A stretch of 64,000 nt of DNA from assembly GCA_004431415.1 (NCBI GenBank), contig QPMI01000225.1, positions 1-64,000 on the forward strand. Reading direction: 5' to 3'. A program made the translations under genes and the position numbers. Of the stretch, positions 50,532 through 62,800 are shown in pieces; position 1 is the stretch's first letter; the number at the start of each line of letters is the position of its first letter. This stretch comes from Cyanophora paradoxa CCMP329 (taxonomy: Eukaryota > Plantae > Glaucophyta). Under the pieces are notes generated by a model, which had not been told where the DNA came from, ran no database searches, and saw only the letters and a program-made list of their open reading frames with translations.

Positions 50532-50572
50532 GCCCGTCTAGCTCAGTCGGTAAGCCCGTCTAGCTCAGTCGG
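50532..50572 (+). pseudogene. Two tandem 5' fragments of a tRNA-Lys-like gene (21 and 19 nt)
   Basis: GCCCGTCTAGCTCAGTCGGTA (50532-50552) and GCCCGTCTAGCTCAGTCGG (50554-50572) match the acceptor stem/D-arm start of eukaryotic tRNA-Lys(CTT). The rest of the tRNA is absent. Confidence 0.75.
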
Positions 50573-51679
50573 CGCGGGCGCAGGGCGCGGGAGGAGTGGG
50601 AGCTGAGCGCGGGGAAGGGGCGGCGGGCGCTGCGGGCCGGCCTCGCCGCCCTCGCCGGGGCCCCCGCCCTCGAGGAGGCCCTCGCCGCCGCCCGCGCCGC
50701 CCTCGCTGGCGCCTCGTCCACCGCCGCCTCTTAGCTATAGCCCCTGGCCATGGGCCCGGCCGGCGCCCCGTCCGGGGGTGCCGGGCCGGCCGCGGGCCGG
50801 GCCGAACCGGCCCGTCTATTGGGGGCCTTGGGTATAGGTGTGCGTAGCTACTAGGCTAGGGCGGTCCTCAGAACGCGAGGTCGCCGAACTTCGGAAGCAG
50901 CCTCAGAAGCGAGGCGCCCTCGCGCGCGCTGTCTTGATCATGAGCGCTAGCCGCTAGCGCTCTCGACGTCGCATCTCAGAGTCTAGATCGCGTAGTAGCT
51001 CGGCGAAGTACCACGCATGCGCGCGGTCGCGGGTCGCGCCGCGAGCGCGCGCTGCAGCATGCATGCATGCATGATCAGCGCGCGCGCGGCGCCGGCTGCA
51101 GCTATAGCTAGCTTTCGGCGCTGCGGGCCGGGGATGAGCGCGCGCGCGCTGCAGCTGTCCATGCCAGTGGCATAGCTCATGAACTGAGGACTCGACACAG
51201 CTAGAGGAGATCTGGCTATAGAGCTGCTAGCGCTAGCTATAGAGCTCATGATCAGCGGATGCTTGAGCTCGAGCGCTAGCTCTCGTTTTGGCGAAGATCG
51301 ATATGCGCAGGCTGCAGCGCGCTAGTACGCCTCCGCAGCGCGCCTCCGGAGGCGCGCCTCCGGAGGCGCGCCTCCACCACGTCGACGTCGGCCACCCGGA
51401 CCCGCGCGGATTTGAAGCGCTGCAGACGCAGATCTAAAGCTAGATTCTACTAGGCTAGATCTAGACTCGATGAAAAGGAGAACGAAGGGACCTCGCGCGG
51501 ATTCGAAGCGGGGCGCAAGACGGGGAAAAGTGGAGTCGGGGGGTATCGATCCCCCTACCTCGTGCATGCTAAGCACACGCTCTACCATGTGAGCTACGAC
51601 CCCGTTGAGAGATGAGCCGGACCGCATCGCCCGGCGCCCTCGCGACCTTCCTGTGAAGCTCAGGCTGCTGGCTCACCGT
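50571..51679 (+). repeat. Direct repeat copy 1 (~1.1 kb): 3' end of VIT-vWA gene + spacer + tRNA-Ala
   Basis: Essentially identical to 55425-56532 (offset 4853; one extra G near 50612). Identical ORFs appear at 50983/55836 and 51322/56175. Confidence 0.95.
51531..51603 (-). tRNA. tRNA-Ala (anticodon AGC)
   Basis: GGGGTCG TA GCTC ACATGGTA GAGC G TGTGC TTAGCAT GCACG AGGTA GGGGG ATCGATA CCCCC CGACTCC A folds as a cloverleaf. It has the G3:U70 Ala identity pair, the eukaryotic Ala A54 T-loop, and a following CTTTT Pol III terminator. Confidence 0.97.
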
Positions 51680-51846
51680 TTCAGGCGGTGCCAGTAGAAT
51701 GAGGCGCACAGCTCCCCACCGCCGGCAGCCGGCAACCTCGCAATCCTCAAGCTCAGCGAGTACGCCGGCAGCTCCCTTCGCCCTCGCGCCCGGCACGCCC
51801 GGCCTTCTGCAGCTAACGCGACGGCGCCGTGCAGGTCTACGTGTCC

Positions 51847-53086
51847 ATGTACGCGATGTCGGGCCTGTTTTCGAAGAGCGCGGACTTGCGCGTCCCGCTC
51901 AAGGCTGTCGCGGTTACGGGCCGCGTCGACGGTGCGGAGCTCGAGCGCGGCCGCAGCATGCGCAGCGCTGCCGGCTGGCGCCCTCAGCGCCCGCGGGACG
52001 CCCGCTCATGGCCAGTGCCGCAGGATTCTTCTGCCAGGTGACTGTAGAGCAAACGTACGAGAACGACGGCGCGGCGCCGATCGAGGCAGTGTACCGCTTT
52101 CCACTCCCTGAGGGCGCCGCGGTGAGCGGCTTCGAGGTGGAGGTGGCGGGCCGGCGCGTTGTGGGCGCCGTGCGCGAGAAAGAGGCGGCGGCCGAGGAGT
52201 ACGCGCGGGCGCTCGCGCGGGGCGGCGGCGGCTACCTTCTCGAGGAGGAATCGCCCGGTCTGTGACGATAGGCGCCGCTTCTGTCTCCGCCCGCCCACTT
52301 ACAATACCGCCCGCCAGAGATCTTCACTGCCAGCGTCGGGAACCTCCCACCGGGCGGCCGCTGCGCGCTGCGGGTCACGTACGCGGCGGAGCTGCCGTGC
52401 GGCGCCGACGGCGTCGTCCGCTTCAGCCTCCCGACGACCGTCGCGCCGCGCTACGCGCCGGCCTCGCCCCGCGCCGGCGGCGGCGGCGGCGCGGCGCCCG
52501 ACGTGCAGCCGCTGGCGGTGGCCGCCGACGTGCCGTACCGCATGAGCGCCGCGCTGGAGGTCGAGATGCCGTCCGACCTCGCCGCCGTCGCCTCCCCGTC
52601 CCACCCCGCCGCCCTCCGTCCGCCCCGCCGCTCCGCGCCGCGCCGCCCGCCGCCGCCGCCGCCGCCGCCGCCTCTGACAGCGACGGTGGCGCTGCGGCGG
52701 CAGAGGTGGAGATGAGGGGGCGGAGGGCGCGGGTGCGCCTCTCGCGGGACCAGCCGCTCGACGGCGCTGTTGTCCTTCAGGCGCGCTCCGCGCCACCCCG
52801 CTCGCACGTCACCCACACGCGCCGCTGAGGCGCGAGGCAGATCGCGCAGCGGGAGCCGCACGCGGCGCGGGCGTGGGCGGAGCGCGGGCCGGACGGGACG
52901 TGCGCCCTGGCGGTGGCGCTGTGCCCCGAGTGGGGCGACGAGGAGGAGGCGCGGGGCGAGTACCTCTTCCTCGTCGATCGGAGCGGCTCCATGCGGGGCG
53001 CCAAGATCGAGCAGTCGAGGAACGCGCTTCAGCTCATGCTGCGCTCCCTCCCCGTCGGCTCCCGCTTCAACCTCCTCGGCCGCCCG

Positions 53087-53172
<86 letters not shown>

Positions 53173-55587
53173 GCCCGCCCTTGCTGACTTCGCGGGCCGC
53201 AGGCTTCGGCAGCCGGTTCGTGCGGCTCTTCGAGGAGAGCCGCGACTACGGCGACGCCAGCGCCGCCGCCGCCGCCGCCCACGTCTCTCAGGTCTGCCCA
53301 CGGCTCGAAGTCCGGCCAGGGCACCGCCGGGCTCACTGACGCGAGCCGCGGCTCAGATCCAGGCGGACCTCGGCGGCACGGAGCTGCTCCTGCCCCTGGA
53401 GGTGCAGCGCCGGCACCCGCCCCGCCCGCCCGCCCGCCCGCCCGCTGCGCAGAGTCGAGCTTGCTCGCGCAGGCGGTCTTTGCGGGGCCGCCGGACCCGC
53501 TCTTCCCGCGCCAGGTCTTCATCCTGACCGACGGCGAGGTCCGCCCGGGCCAGCCTCCCGCCCCACGCGCCGACTGAGCTCAGCTGGGCCCAGGTGAGCA
53601 ACACGGAGCAGGTGATCCGGCTGGTGCGGCGGCACGCGGCCGAGGCGCGCGTCTTCAGCGTGGGGATCGGCTCCGGCGCCAGCGAGCACCTCGTGCGGGG
53701 CGTGGCCCGGGCCGGCGGGGGCCAGGCCGAGTTCATCGGCGACGGCGAGCGCGTCGAGGGCGCCGTCCTGCGGCAGCTGCGGCGCGCCGCGCAGCCCTCG
53801 CTGGCCGCCCCGCCCTCGACTGGGGCAGCCCGCCGCCCAGCAGGCCCCGCACGCCCTCCGCCCCTGCTTCCAGGTACGCATGCCCGCGTGCAGGCGCGCT
53901 GCAGCGCGCCGCCAACGTCGAGGCGGGCCGGGCCGCAGGGGACCGGCTCGTCGTGTACGCTCTGTTGCCGGCGGGGGCCGCGCCGCCGGCAGCGGTGGAG
54001 CTGCGGGCGCAGCGCCGGCGGGGCCCGTCGCGCTGTCGGTGCCCGTGCCGGCGGCGCGGGAGGCGGGGCCCGTGTGGCGGCTGGCGGGGCGGGCGGCGGT
54101 GCGGGACCTGCAGGAGGGCAGCAGCGCGCTGCACGGGCGCGACGGGCGCTGCTGGCCGGCCGCACGGAGGCCGAGGTCGCGGCCGGCGTGCTCGGGGTGG
54201 CGCTGCGGCACGGCCTGGCCTCCTCCCGCACCGCCTTCGTCGCCGTCGAGGAGCGCCCGGGGGCCGCCCCCGCCTCCGAGCCCATGCGCCTCGCCCTCGT
54301 GCCCGCTCTCCTTCCCCGCGTCCGCCCCGCCCCCGGCCCACCGGCCGCGCCGGCCCGCCCGCGCTCTGCCCCCCGCTCAACTCGCCCGCGCAGGACGAGG
54401 CACCGGAGCGCTTCGCCGTCGGGCATCCGATGCCGATCTGCCGTCGCTCCGCGGCCCGCCCCCCGGACCATCTGCTCGCATCTGCGGCGCACAACCGGCG
54501 CGCCGCGCGCTGCAAGCTCGCCCTCTCCTCCGCGAGCTTCGCCGTCGCCGACCGCAGCGCCGGGGGCCTCATCGGGGCCCGGAAGCGCGCGGTGGGCGTG
54601 GCGGAGGCGGCCGCCCAGGGCGAGCGCCCGGGCCTCTTCGAGGAGGCCGGCTTCGACGGCATCCCCGACGGCGTCGAGGTGGACGCCGGCGCGGAGGGCG
54701 CGTGGCGGCCGCCACCCGCCCGCCGGGCGCGGGCGCGGGGCCGGGGCGGGCGCGGGTCCGGCGGAGCGACGCGGGTGCCTTCCGCTTCGAGGGCGACTCC
54801 GCGGATTCGGACCGGGAGGCCCGCCCGCCCGCCCGCCCTCTTTGGAGCCCTTGGGGTCGAGCCTCACACGCCGCCCCGCAGGTCGAGGCGGAGCAGCAGC
54901 GGCGGCAGGCCTCCTCGCCCGCGGCGGCCGCCGGCTTCGGCGCCCTGGCCGGGGCCGCCACCTTCTGCAAAGCCTCCCTCCTCGATGGCCCCGACGCCAA
55001 CGCCGGCGATGCCGCCGCCTCTTCTCTTCCCTCTGCGCTTCACCTGCAGCTCTGGGGCGCCGGGGGGGAGCGGCCCCACGACTCCGTCCTCCTCCTGCAG
55101 GTCCCCAATCCCCCTGATCCGTTTTGATCTGATCTTATCTGATCCGATCTCAGGGCGCCACGGGCCCGTGGGAGCTCAACGAGGCCCTCGCCGGCGCCCT
55201 CGGCCGGCCCCTCGCCGCCCTCGCCGCAGCCACGCCGTGCGCCCCGCAGCCGCCGGCAGCCGCGACCCTCGCCCCGCCTAAGTTTCCCGCGCAGGGCGGG
55301 GCTGGCGGGGCCCCGGAACTGTGGGCGACGGCGCTCGCCCTCGCCTTCCTCGAGGCCCGCTGCCGCGCGTGCGCCCCGGCCTCGCTTCGACGGAGGCTGC
55401 TGGCCCCCTCGAGGTCGCTGACGGGGCGCGGGCGCAGGGCGCGGGAGGAGTGGGAGCTGAGCGCGGGAAGGGGCGGCGGGCGCTGCGGGCCGGCCTCGCC
55501 GCCCTCGCCGGGGCCCCCGCCCTCGAGGAGGCCCTCGCCGCCGCCCGCGCCGCCCTCGCTGGCGCCTCGTCCACCGCCGCCTCTTAG
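51847..55587 (+). CDS. VIT + von Willebrand factor A domain protein (VWA5A-like), multi-exon
   Basis: VIT domain: VPLKAVAVTGRVD/GFFCQVTVEQTYENDGAAPIEAVYRFPLPEGAAVSGFEVEVAGRRVVGAVREKEAA..YLLEE..IFTASVGNLPPG. vWA domain: EYLFLVDRSGSM (MIDAS), ADLGGTE, VFILTDGE, RVFSVGIGSGASEHLVRGVARAGGG. The start is approximate. Confidence 0.92.
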
Positions 55588-56532
55588 CTATAGCCCCTGG
55601 CCATGGGCCCGGCCGGCGCCCCGTCCGGGGGTGCCGGGCCGGCCGCGGGCCGGGCCGAACCGGCCCGTCTATTGGGGGCCTTGGGTATAGGTGTGCGTAG
55701 CTACTAGGCTAGGGCGGTCCTCAGAACGCGAGGTCGCCGAACTTCGGAAGCAGCCTCAGAAGCGAGGCGCCCTCGCGCGCGCTGTCTTGATCATGAGCGC
55801 TAGCCGCTAGCGCTCTCGACGTCGCATCTCAGAGTCTAGATCGCGTAGTAGCTCGGCGAAGTACCACGCATGCGCGCGGTCGCGGGTCGCGCCGCGAGCG
55901 CGCGCTGCAGCATGCATGCATGCATGATCAGCGCGCGCGCGGCGCCGGCTGCAGCTATAGCTAGCTTTCGGCGCTGCGGGCCGGGGATGAGCGCGCGCGC
56001 GCTGCAGCTGTCCATGCCAGTGGCATAGCTCATGAACTGAGGACTCGACACAGCTAGAGGAGATCTGGCTATAGAGCTGCTAGCGCTAGCTATAGAGCTC
56101 ATGATCAGCGGATGCTTGAGCTCGAGCGCTAGCTCTCGTTTTGGCGAAGATCGATATGCGCAGGCTGCAGCGCGCTAGTACGCCTCCGCAGCGCGCCTCC
56201 GGAGGCGCGCCTCCGGAGGCGCGCCTCCACCACGTCGACGTCGGCCACCCGGACCCGCGCGGATTTGAAGCGCTGCAGACGCAGATCTAAAGCTAGATTC
56301 TACTAGGCTAGATCTAGACTCGATGAAAAGGAGAACGAAGGGACCTCGCGCGGATTCGAAGCGGGGCGCAAGACGGGGAAAAGTGGAGTCGGGGGGTATC
56401 GATCCCCCTACCTCGTGCATGCTAAGCACACGCTCTACCATGTGAGCTACGACCCCGTTGAGAGATGAGCCGGACCGCATCGCCCGGCGCCCTCGCGACC
56501 TTCCTGTGAAGCTCAGGCTGCTGGCTCACCGT
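55425..56532 (+). repeat. Direct repeat copy 2 (~1.1 kb)
   Basis: Matches 50571-51679; diverged similarity continues for ~55 bp more (51680-51733 vs 56533-56590). Confidence 0.95.
56384..56456 (-). tRNA. tRNA-Ala (anticodon AGC), identical second copy
   Basis: Same 73-nt sequence as 51531-51603. Confidence 0.97.
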
Positions 56533-56708
56533 CAGGCGTTGCAATTGCCAGGAGAATGAGGCGAACAGCTCCCAACCGCCGGCATCCGGCTCCGCCCGCT
56601 GTGTGTTACGACCGCCGACACTCGGCAGCCGCGCGGGTGTTATGATCAGGAGTATGCTAGCAAGCTAGGTGTCACTGGTAGCTACGCGCTTGACGACGGC
56701 GATCTCCT

Positions 56709-59368
56709 TCAGGAGGCGGCGGAGAGGACGGAGTGGGCGGAGAAGGGCCGCTGGAAGTGCGCGGAGCCGCGCGAGAAGGAGCGGAAGGCCGCCTCCTCCG
56801 CCTCGTCCCTCTGCGGCGCCGGCGCCGGCGGCGGGGCTGCCGCCCGCGAGGCGCCGGCGGCAGCACCGGCCGGAGGCGGGCCGCGGGCGGCGGACTGCGC
56901 GGCGAGCGCGGCGCCCCAGGAGGCGTCGCTGTCCCAGGACTCGTCGGGTCCCCTCGATGGCGCTCGCGTCCAGGCCGGCCGCCCGGGCGCCGGGGCGGCC
57001 GAGGGCGAGGCCCGGGCGCCCGCCGAGCCGGGCCGGGAGCGGGAGGTGGCGCCGGAGGCGGATGCTGCGGCGGCGGCGGCCCAGAGGGCTTGGAGGGACT
57101 CCGCGTCGGCCACGAGGCGGTGCAGGATCGGCCGGGGCACGTCCGTGTACGAGTAGGCCCGCGCCCAGGGGCCCTGCACCGGCGGCAGCGGGCCGGCGGT
57201 CGCCGGCGGGGCGGCGGGCCCCGGCGGGCTGCGCGGGGCGGCGGCGGCGTGGATGGAGGTGCCCGAGGAGGTGGAGAGGGCGGCGGGGACGGCCACCGAG
57301 CCGCCGGCCCTCCCGCCGCCGTGCTGCAGGGGCCCCAGCGGCGAGGCGGCCGCCGCCGCGGTGGGCCCGACGCGACGGGCGAGTAGACGGGGGCGTGCGC
57401 GCGGGGGTGGGGCGGCGAGGGGCCGGCCTCCTCGGGCTCCTCGGGCGGGACGGGGGCGGCGGGGGCGTCGGAGAGGCCCGAGGCGTTGGAGCCGGGCGAG
57501 CCGGGGCTCCTGGGCGGCTTGGGCACCGAGGAGAGCTTGTCGCCCCTGTAGAAGATGATCTGCGGCAGCTCCACCTTCACGTACGGGCCCTCCAGGCTGC
57601 GCCGAGGGGCGTGCGCTCAGAACAAGGGGGTGGGGGGTGGGGGGGTGGGGGGGTGGGGGGGGGGGGGGGGAATAGATTTCAACGCAGGAGCGCACATGAT
57701 CTTGCCGGTGCGGGTGAGGTGGGAGACGTTCTTGGGGGGCACGGTGTTCCGGACGCGCAGCTGCTCGAGGAGAAGCGGAGGCGCTCCTGGATGGGCGCCG
57801 GCTCGGCCCGGGCCCTCCGCGGGCCGCGGGGGACCGGCGAGGGCGGCCGCGCCACCTGCGCCCGCGGCGGAGACCGGCGCCTCGCCTCCGCCTCCGCCTG
57901 CGGCGGCTGCTGCGGCGGCTGCTGCTGCTTTGAGACGGAGTCGGCCCTCGGCGGCTGCTGGGGCGCGGCGCGGCGGCCGCCGGCGGGGGCGACGGGGACG
58001 GCGACGGGTACTGCGAAGGCGACGGGGAGCGCCTCGGGGGCCCCGGGCGGGCGGCCTTCTCGCCGGGCTTGGCGGCGCCCTGCCTGGCCCCGCCGCCGCT
58101 GCCGCCGCCGCCGCCTCCGGCGGACGCGGAGCGGGAGATCTCGGCCTCGGAGAAGGCCGAGGCGTGGCGCGGCGTCACCGGCTGGCTCGCCTCCAGCTCC
58201 GCCTGCTTCCTCCGCTCTGCAGGAAAGTCGAGTTCGAGAAGGGTCCGCGAGAAGCGTTCAAAGCGAGGGCGGCGTGCTCGGCGCACCCTCTTCTTCGGAC
58301 TGGCGGCGCATCTCGAGGAGCTGGAGCAGCTGTGCGTGCCTGTCCGCCACCTCCACATCCCCCGCCTGCGCCCACGTGTCTGCCAGGCGCCGCCGGTGAG
58401 CTCACATCGGAACGAGCCCGGGAGGGCACGGCGGCTTCCAGGAAGGTCGCAACGCACCCTTGGCGGGGTCGGACTGCGCCTCGAAGCGGTGCACGCGGGT
58501 CGGCTGCTTGTCGAGCCGCACGTTGTTGCGGCCTGCGATCGAAGCGAAGCGGTGAGGCGCGGGGGCTGCGAGCGGGCGCGCGGCGCGGTTGGTAGCGGGA
58601 CCGGCGCACCCCCGAGCTGGGCCACCACGCGGTCCTGCGTGGGGGAAGGAATGAGGAGCGCGCGAGGCAGGCGGGGGGAGGGGGGGAGGCGGGGCGGGTA
58701 CCGAGCAGGCGAAGGGCTCGCTCCAGGCGTGCCAGAGGTGGAAGGGGCTCCCCTCCTTGTGGACGATGAAGCGCAGGCGGAAGGTGCCGACGGCCTCGCC
58801 GGCGCGCATGAGCGGCAGGTCGAACCCGGCGCTCCGGCCGCTGGGGCTGGCGGCGCAGGGCTCGGCGGCCACGAGGACCGAGTCCAGGAGCAGGTAGCGC
58901 CGGCCCGGCGTGACCCGCTCCTCGTAGCCCTTGATCGCAGCCGCCGTGTCCGACACGAGCTGCGCCGCCAGCTCCTTGCCCGTCCCGCTCAGCACGTACA
59001 GGTCGCCCTCTGCGCGGGGAGCGCGTCGGGCGGGCGGTTGCGGGCCGCGGCCGCTGCTGCCGCGCACCCTTCTTGTAGAGAGCAACGACTACGTCCAGAG
59101 GGCTACCCGCCGCCTGAAGCACGACGCGCAGCGGAGAGCTCTCGTTTGTCGTTTTACAGACCAGCATCTGCGTCGGAGATGATGTGCGGCTTCCTCCGGC
59201 GAACATCAGGCCTGCGAAGCATGCCCGGCGTAAGAAAGGCGGCGGGGTGCGCTCCCGTGGCCCGCCGAGCCTCTCCCGGGTTTCGGCGCCCGCGCAAGGC
59301 CCTAGCGGCGGCGGGGCGCGTTCACCGCTATACTGCAAAACCAGGGAGGGCCCGGTCTCCCCCGGCAT
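56709..59368 (-). CDS. Hypothetical multi-exon protein with low-complexity C-terminal half
   Basis: Exons include EGDLYVLSGTGKELAAQLVSDTAAAIKGYEERVTPGRRYLLLDSVLV..GTFRLRFIVHKEGSPFHLWHAWSEPF and VKVELPQIIFYRGDKLSS, with minus-strand splice signals and G-runs on the + strand. No family recognised. Confidence 0.6.
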
Positions 59369-59850
59369 GGTGGCGGGCGTTGAAAGCTAGCTCGCGGCCA
59401 GAGTTGCCAAATCGGGGCCAGAGACGGCTGGGTCCGGCCGGAAGGCCGGCAGAGGCTTCTCTAACTTAGCTAGGCTCCCGGCTACTGCAGGATTCGCTGG
59501 CTAGTGGGTGTCTCGTTGCCTTGCTTGCTGCGTTTATCGTGTACCCGGGTGGCAGGTGCACGGTGCACCGTGCACCGTGGTGGGCCCGGCTGGCACGCAC
59601 GGCGGCCTCTCGCTGCGACCGAGAAGAGCTCCGTCAGACTTCGAGATCGCAAGTTGTGCGGAGACTTGACTTGACCGGTTGGCCTCCCGCTTTAGATCTT
59701 CGACCTCCTGCCGTGCGGGAGCGCGGTTGTGCTGCATGATGCTGACACGCCGATCTCTGCCGGCGTAGGTGATCGGACCAGAGCTCCGTACGTCGAGCAG
59801 GAGCGGTTGCGTTCGGAGGTCGAGCGCTGCGTACGTGAGGTGTTGCCGCG

Positions 59851-62800
59851 ATGGCTGCAGCTGCAGCTGTGGCTGCGGCGCGAGAGCGGAGTGAGGGACC
59901 GGAGTCTCCATGCAAGGCCATCGTCGACGAGGATCCGAGCCTCGCGCCTTGGCTCTCCAAGATTGAGGGCAGGTGCGGCAGTGCTCCCCCGGCCGCGGAC
60001 GAGAGCCTCGCGCGGGGCGATCGAATTCGAATTCGAATCCGACACGGCGGCGACGCGGCGGCGCAGGATGCTGCGGTATTTGCAGCGCATGAAGCAGATT
60101 GAGGAGTACGAGGGTGGCCTCCTCCGCTTCGCAGAGTCGTGGCGCCGATACGGCCTACACCGCGAGGGCAACGGCCTCTTCTACCGGTCCGCGTGCATTC
60201 GGAACATGTGTACATGCGCCCGCTTTCGTTTGCACCGACCTCGCGCGCGCGCGCGCGCGCGCGCAGGGAGTGGGCGCCGGGCGCGAAGGAGATGTATTTG
60301 TTCGGCGAGTTCACGGGCGGGGACAAGCGCAAGTACCCCTGCGAGCGCAACGAGTTCGGCACCTTCACGTGCTTCATCCCCGACCCCGTACCCGGCCGCA
60401 GCGCCGTCCCCCACGGGTCCATCGTCAAGGCGCGCGCGCCGGCGCCCGCCCCTCCGCACCTTATATAATTACCCCAACTTCTTGCGCAGACGCTGATGGT
60501 TCTTTGGGACGGGAAGCCGATTGAGCGTGTACCCGCCTGGATCCGCCGCGCCGTTCAGCCCCCGGGGAGGATCGCCTACGAGGGCGCGCTGTACCCCCAT
60601 CCCTTCCCCCTCCCCCCAATCGTGTGCTCTTTCCGCTGACCGGGGGAGCGATCGATCAGGGGTACACTGGGATCCGCCGGAGCGGTACGCTTTCCGCCAC
60701 GAGCGGCCGCCGCGGCCGGCCTCGCTTCGCATCTACGAGTGCCACCGTGAGCCAGCCTCTGAGCCCCGACTCCGAATTGCTGATTGCTCCTCGCGCAGCG
60801 GGGATGGCGCTGGAAGAGCCGCGCGTGGGTACGTGGCGCGAGTTCGCCGACACCGTCCTCCCGCGCGTCTCCCGCCTCGGGTTCGAATCCCCCCCGGCCT
60901 CGATCCGCAGCCGGTCTCATTCTTGAAATTCTGATTTTGGTTTCTACGTATATACGCATTGCGACCGATACCCCCGCAGCTACAACGCGATCCAGCTGAT
61001 GGCCGTGCGGGGATCCGAGCCACTCAGCTGAGCTCTCCTGTACCCCGACTTACCCGGAGCCGTTACCCCGCAGATCCAGGAGCACGCGTACTACGCCTCC
61101 TTCGGGTACCACGTCACCCAGTTCTTCGCCCCCTCCTCCCGCTTCGGTGCCGCCCCGTAGCCCTCGCTCCCCCTCGCCCACCCCTGACGCGATCTCTAGG
61201 TACCCCGGACGACCTGCGGTACCTGGTGGATTCGGCCCACGCAAGGGGGATACTCGTCCTCATGGACATCGTCCACGCGCACGCGAGGCGAGGGATTCAT
61301 CCCCGGGGGGCCTGCTACCGAATCCGCTCCCCGCTAACTCTTCGCTGTACCCCCCCGCAGCTCCAACATTGAGGACGGGCTGAGCCACTTCGACGGGACG
61401 GACGGGCACTATTTCACGCCTGGGCCGGCAGGTACCCATCCCGACTGGAAATCGTGCGCTAGCCCCCCCCCCCCCCCGCTCTTCCTTTCCTCCTCGCGCC
61501 TTTTCACGTACCCCGCTCTCAGGCGGCTCTTTGACTACGCGAACTGGGAGACGCAGCGATTCCTCCTCTCCAACCTCCGCTACTACCTCGAGGAGTTCAA
61601 CCTGTGCGTATCCCCGAGCCACCTTCCCCCTCCCCCCCCCCCCTCTGACCCTCTCTTCAGGGATGGATTCCGCTTCGACGGTGGGCGGTCTTCCGCCCCC
61701 CCCTCCCCTCCCCCCTCCCCCCCCCCCCCTCGCCCCCCACCTCCCTCTCAACGTGGGTACCCGCGCGCAGGCGTGACGTCCATGCTGTACAAGCACCACG
61801 GCTGCAACTTCCCCGGCTTCAGCGGTTCGTTCTCGTTCTTTTTCTATTTTGTCGTACCCCCGACACGTGTATCCGCCCGCAGGGAACTATGCGGAGTACT
61901 TCGGGGACTGGGTAGACGACGCTGCCGTGACGTACCTGACCCTGGTGCCCTCCCTCCCCCCCCTCCCCCCCCCCCCCCCCCCCCCCCCGCGCTCGCTCCA
62001 ACCTCGCGCGGTACCCTCCCGAGCTCACCCCCCCCTCCCCCCCAGGCGAACGAGCTGGTGCACGCGCTGTACCCCGGGGCGATCACGGTGGCGGAGGACG
62101 TGTCGGGGATGCCGACGCTCTGCCGCCCCGTCCGCTGCGGCGGCCTCGGCTTCGACTACCGCCTCGGCGAGCCCGCAAGCTCGAGCTCGCCCGCGAACGC
62201 CTGAGCCCCGAGCCCCTCATCTGAGCCCGGGCGCAGGGATGGGGATCCCGGACAAGGTGTTCGGCCTGGTCAAGGCCGTCAGGGTGCCCGGCCACCCCTC
62301 GCAGAGAGCTCTAGGAGTGGGGCCCTCTTCGCCAGCGCTGGCGCGAATCATGACGCCGGCCTGCGTGCGCAGGACGAGCACTGGGACATGGGGGACCTGT
62401 GCGGCGCGCTGGGGAACCGGCGCCGCTGGGAGCCCACCATCGCCTACCTCGAGTGCCACGACCAGGCGCGCCCCCGCCTACCCAGCCCCTTCTAGCCTGA
62501 GTTGCCCTTGTTTTTCGCTTCCGGCTCGTTCTCACGGGATCGCGGCTGCCAGGCGATGGTGGGCGACGTCACGCTCTCCTGGCGGCTCATGGGCGACCAG
62601 CTGCACAAGCGCGTGCCCCTCCCTAGCACCTCACGGCCCCTCTTCTCACAGCGGGGTACAGGTCCTTCACGGTGGGGCAGGAGCCGCCCGTGGGGGTCGA
62701 GCGGGGGATGTGCCTCCACAAGCTCTGCAGGCGCGTACCCCCTTCCCCCCTCCCCAGCCCCCTCCCCCCTCCCCCTTCCTCCCCCTTCCCTTCCCTTTTT

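Noticed and set aside
51322-51627. Duplicated 101-aa and 88-aa ORFs
   Set aside because: They overlap the tRNA-Ala and palindromic spacer of the repeat; not protein-like.
50571-56532. LTR retrotransposon (long direct repeats, tRNA-like sequence nearby)
   Set aside because: The repeats lack TG..CA ends and a TSD, and include the gene's own last exon; the interior is an intron-containing vWA gene with no gag/pol.
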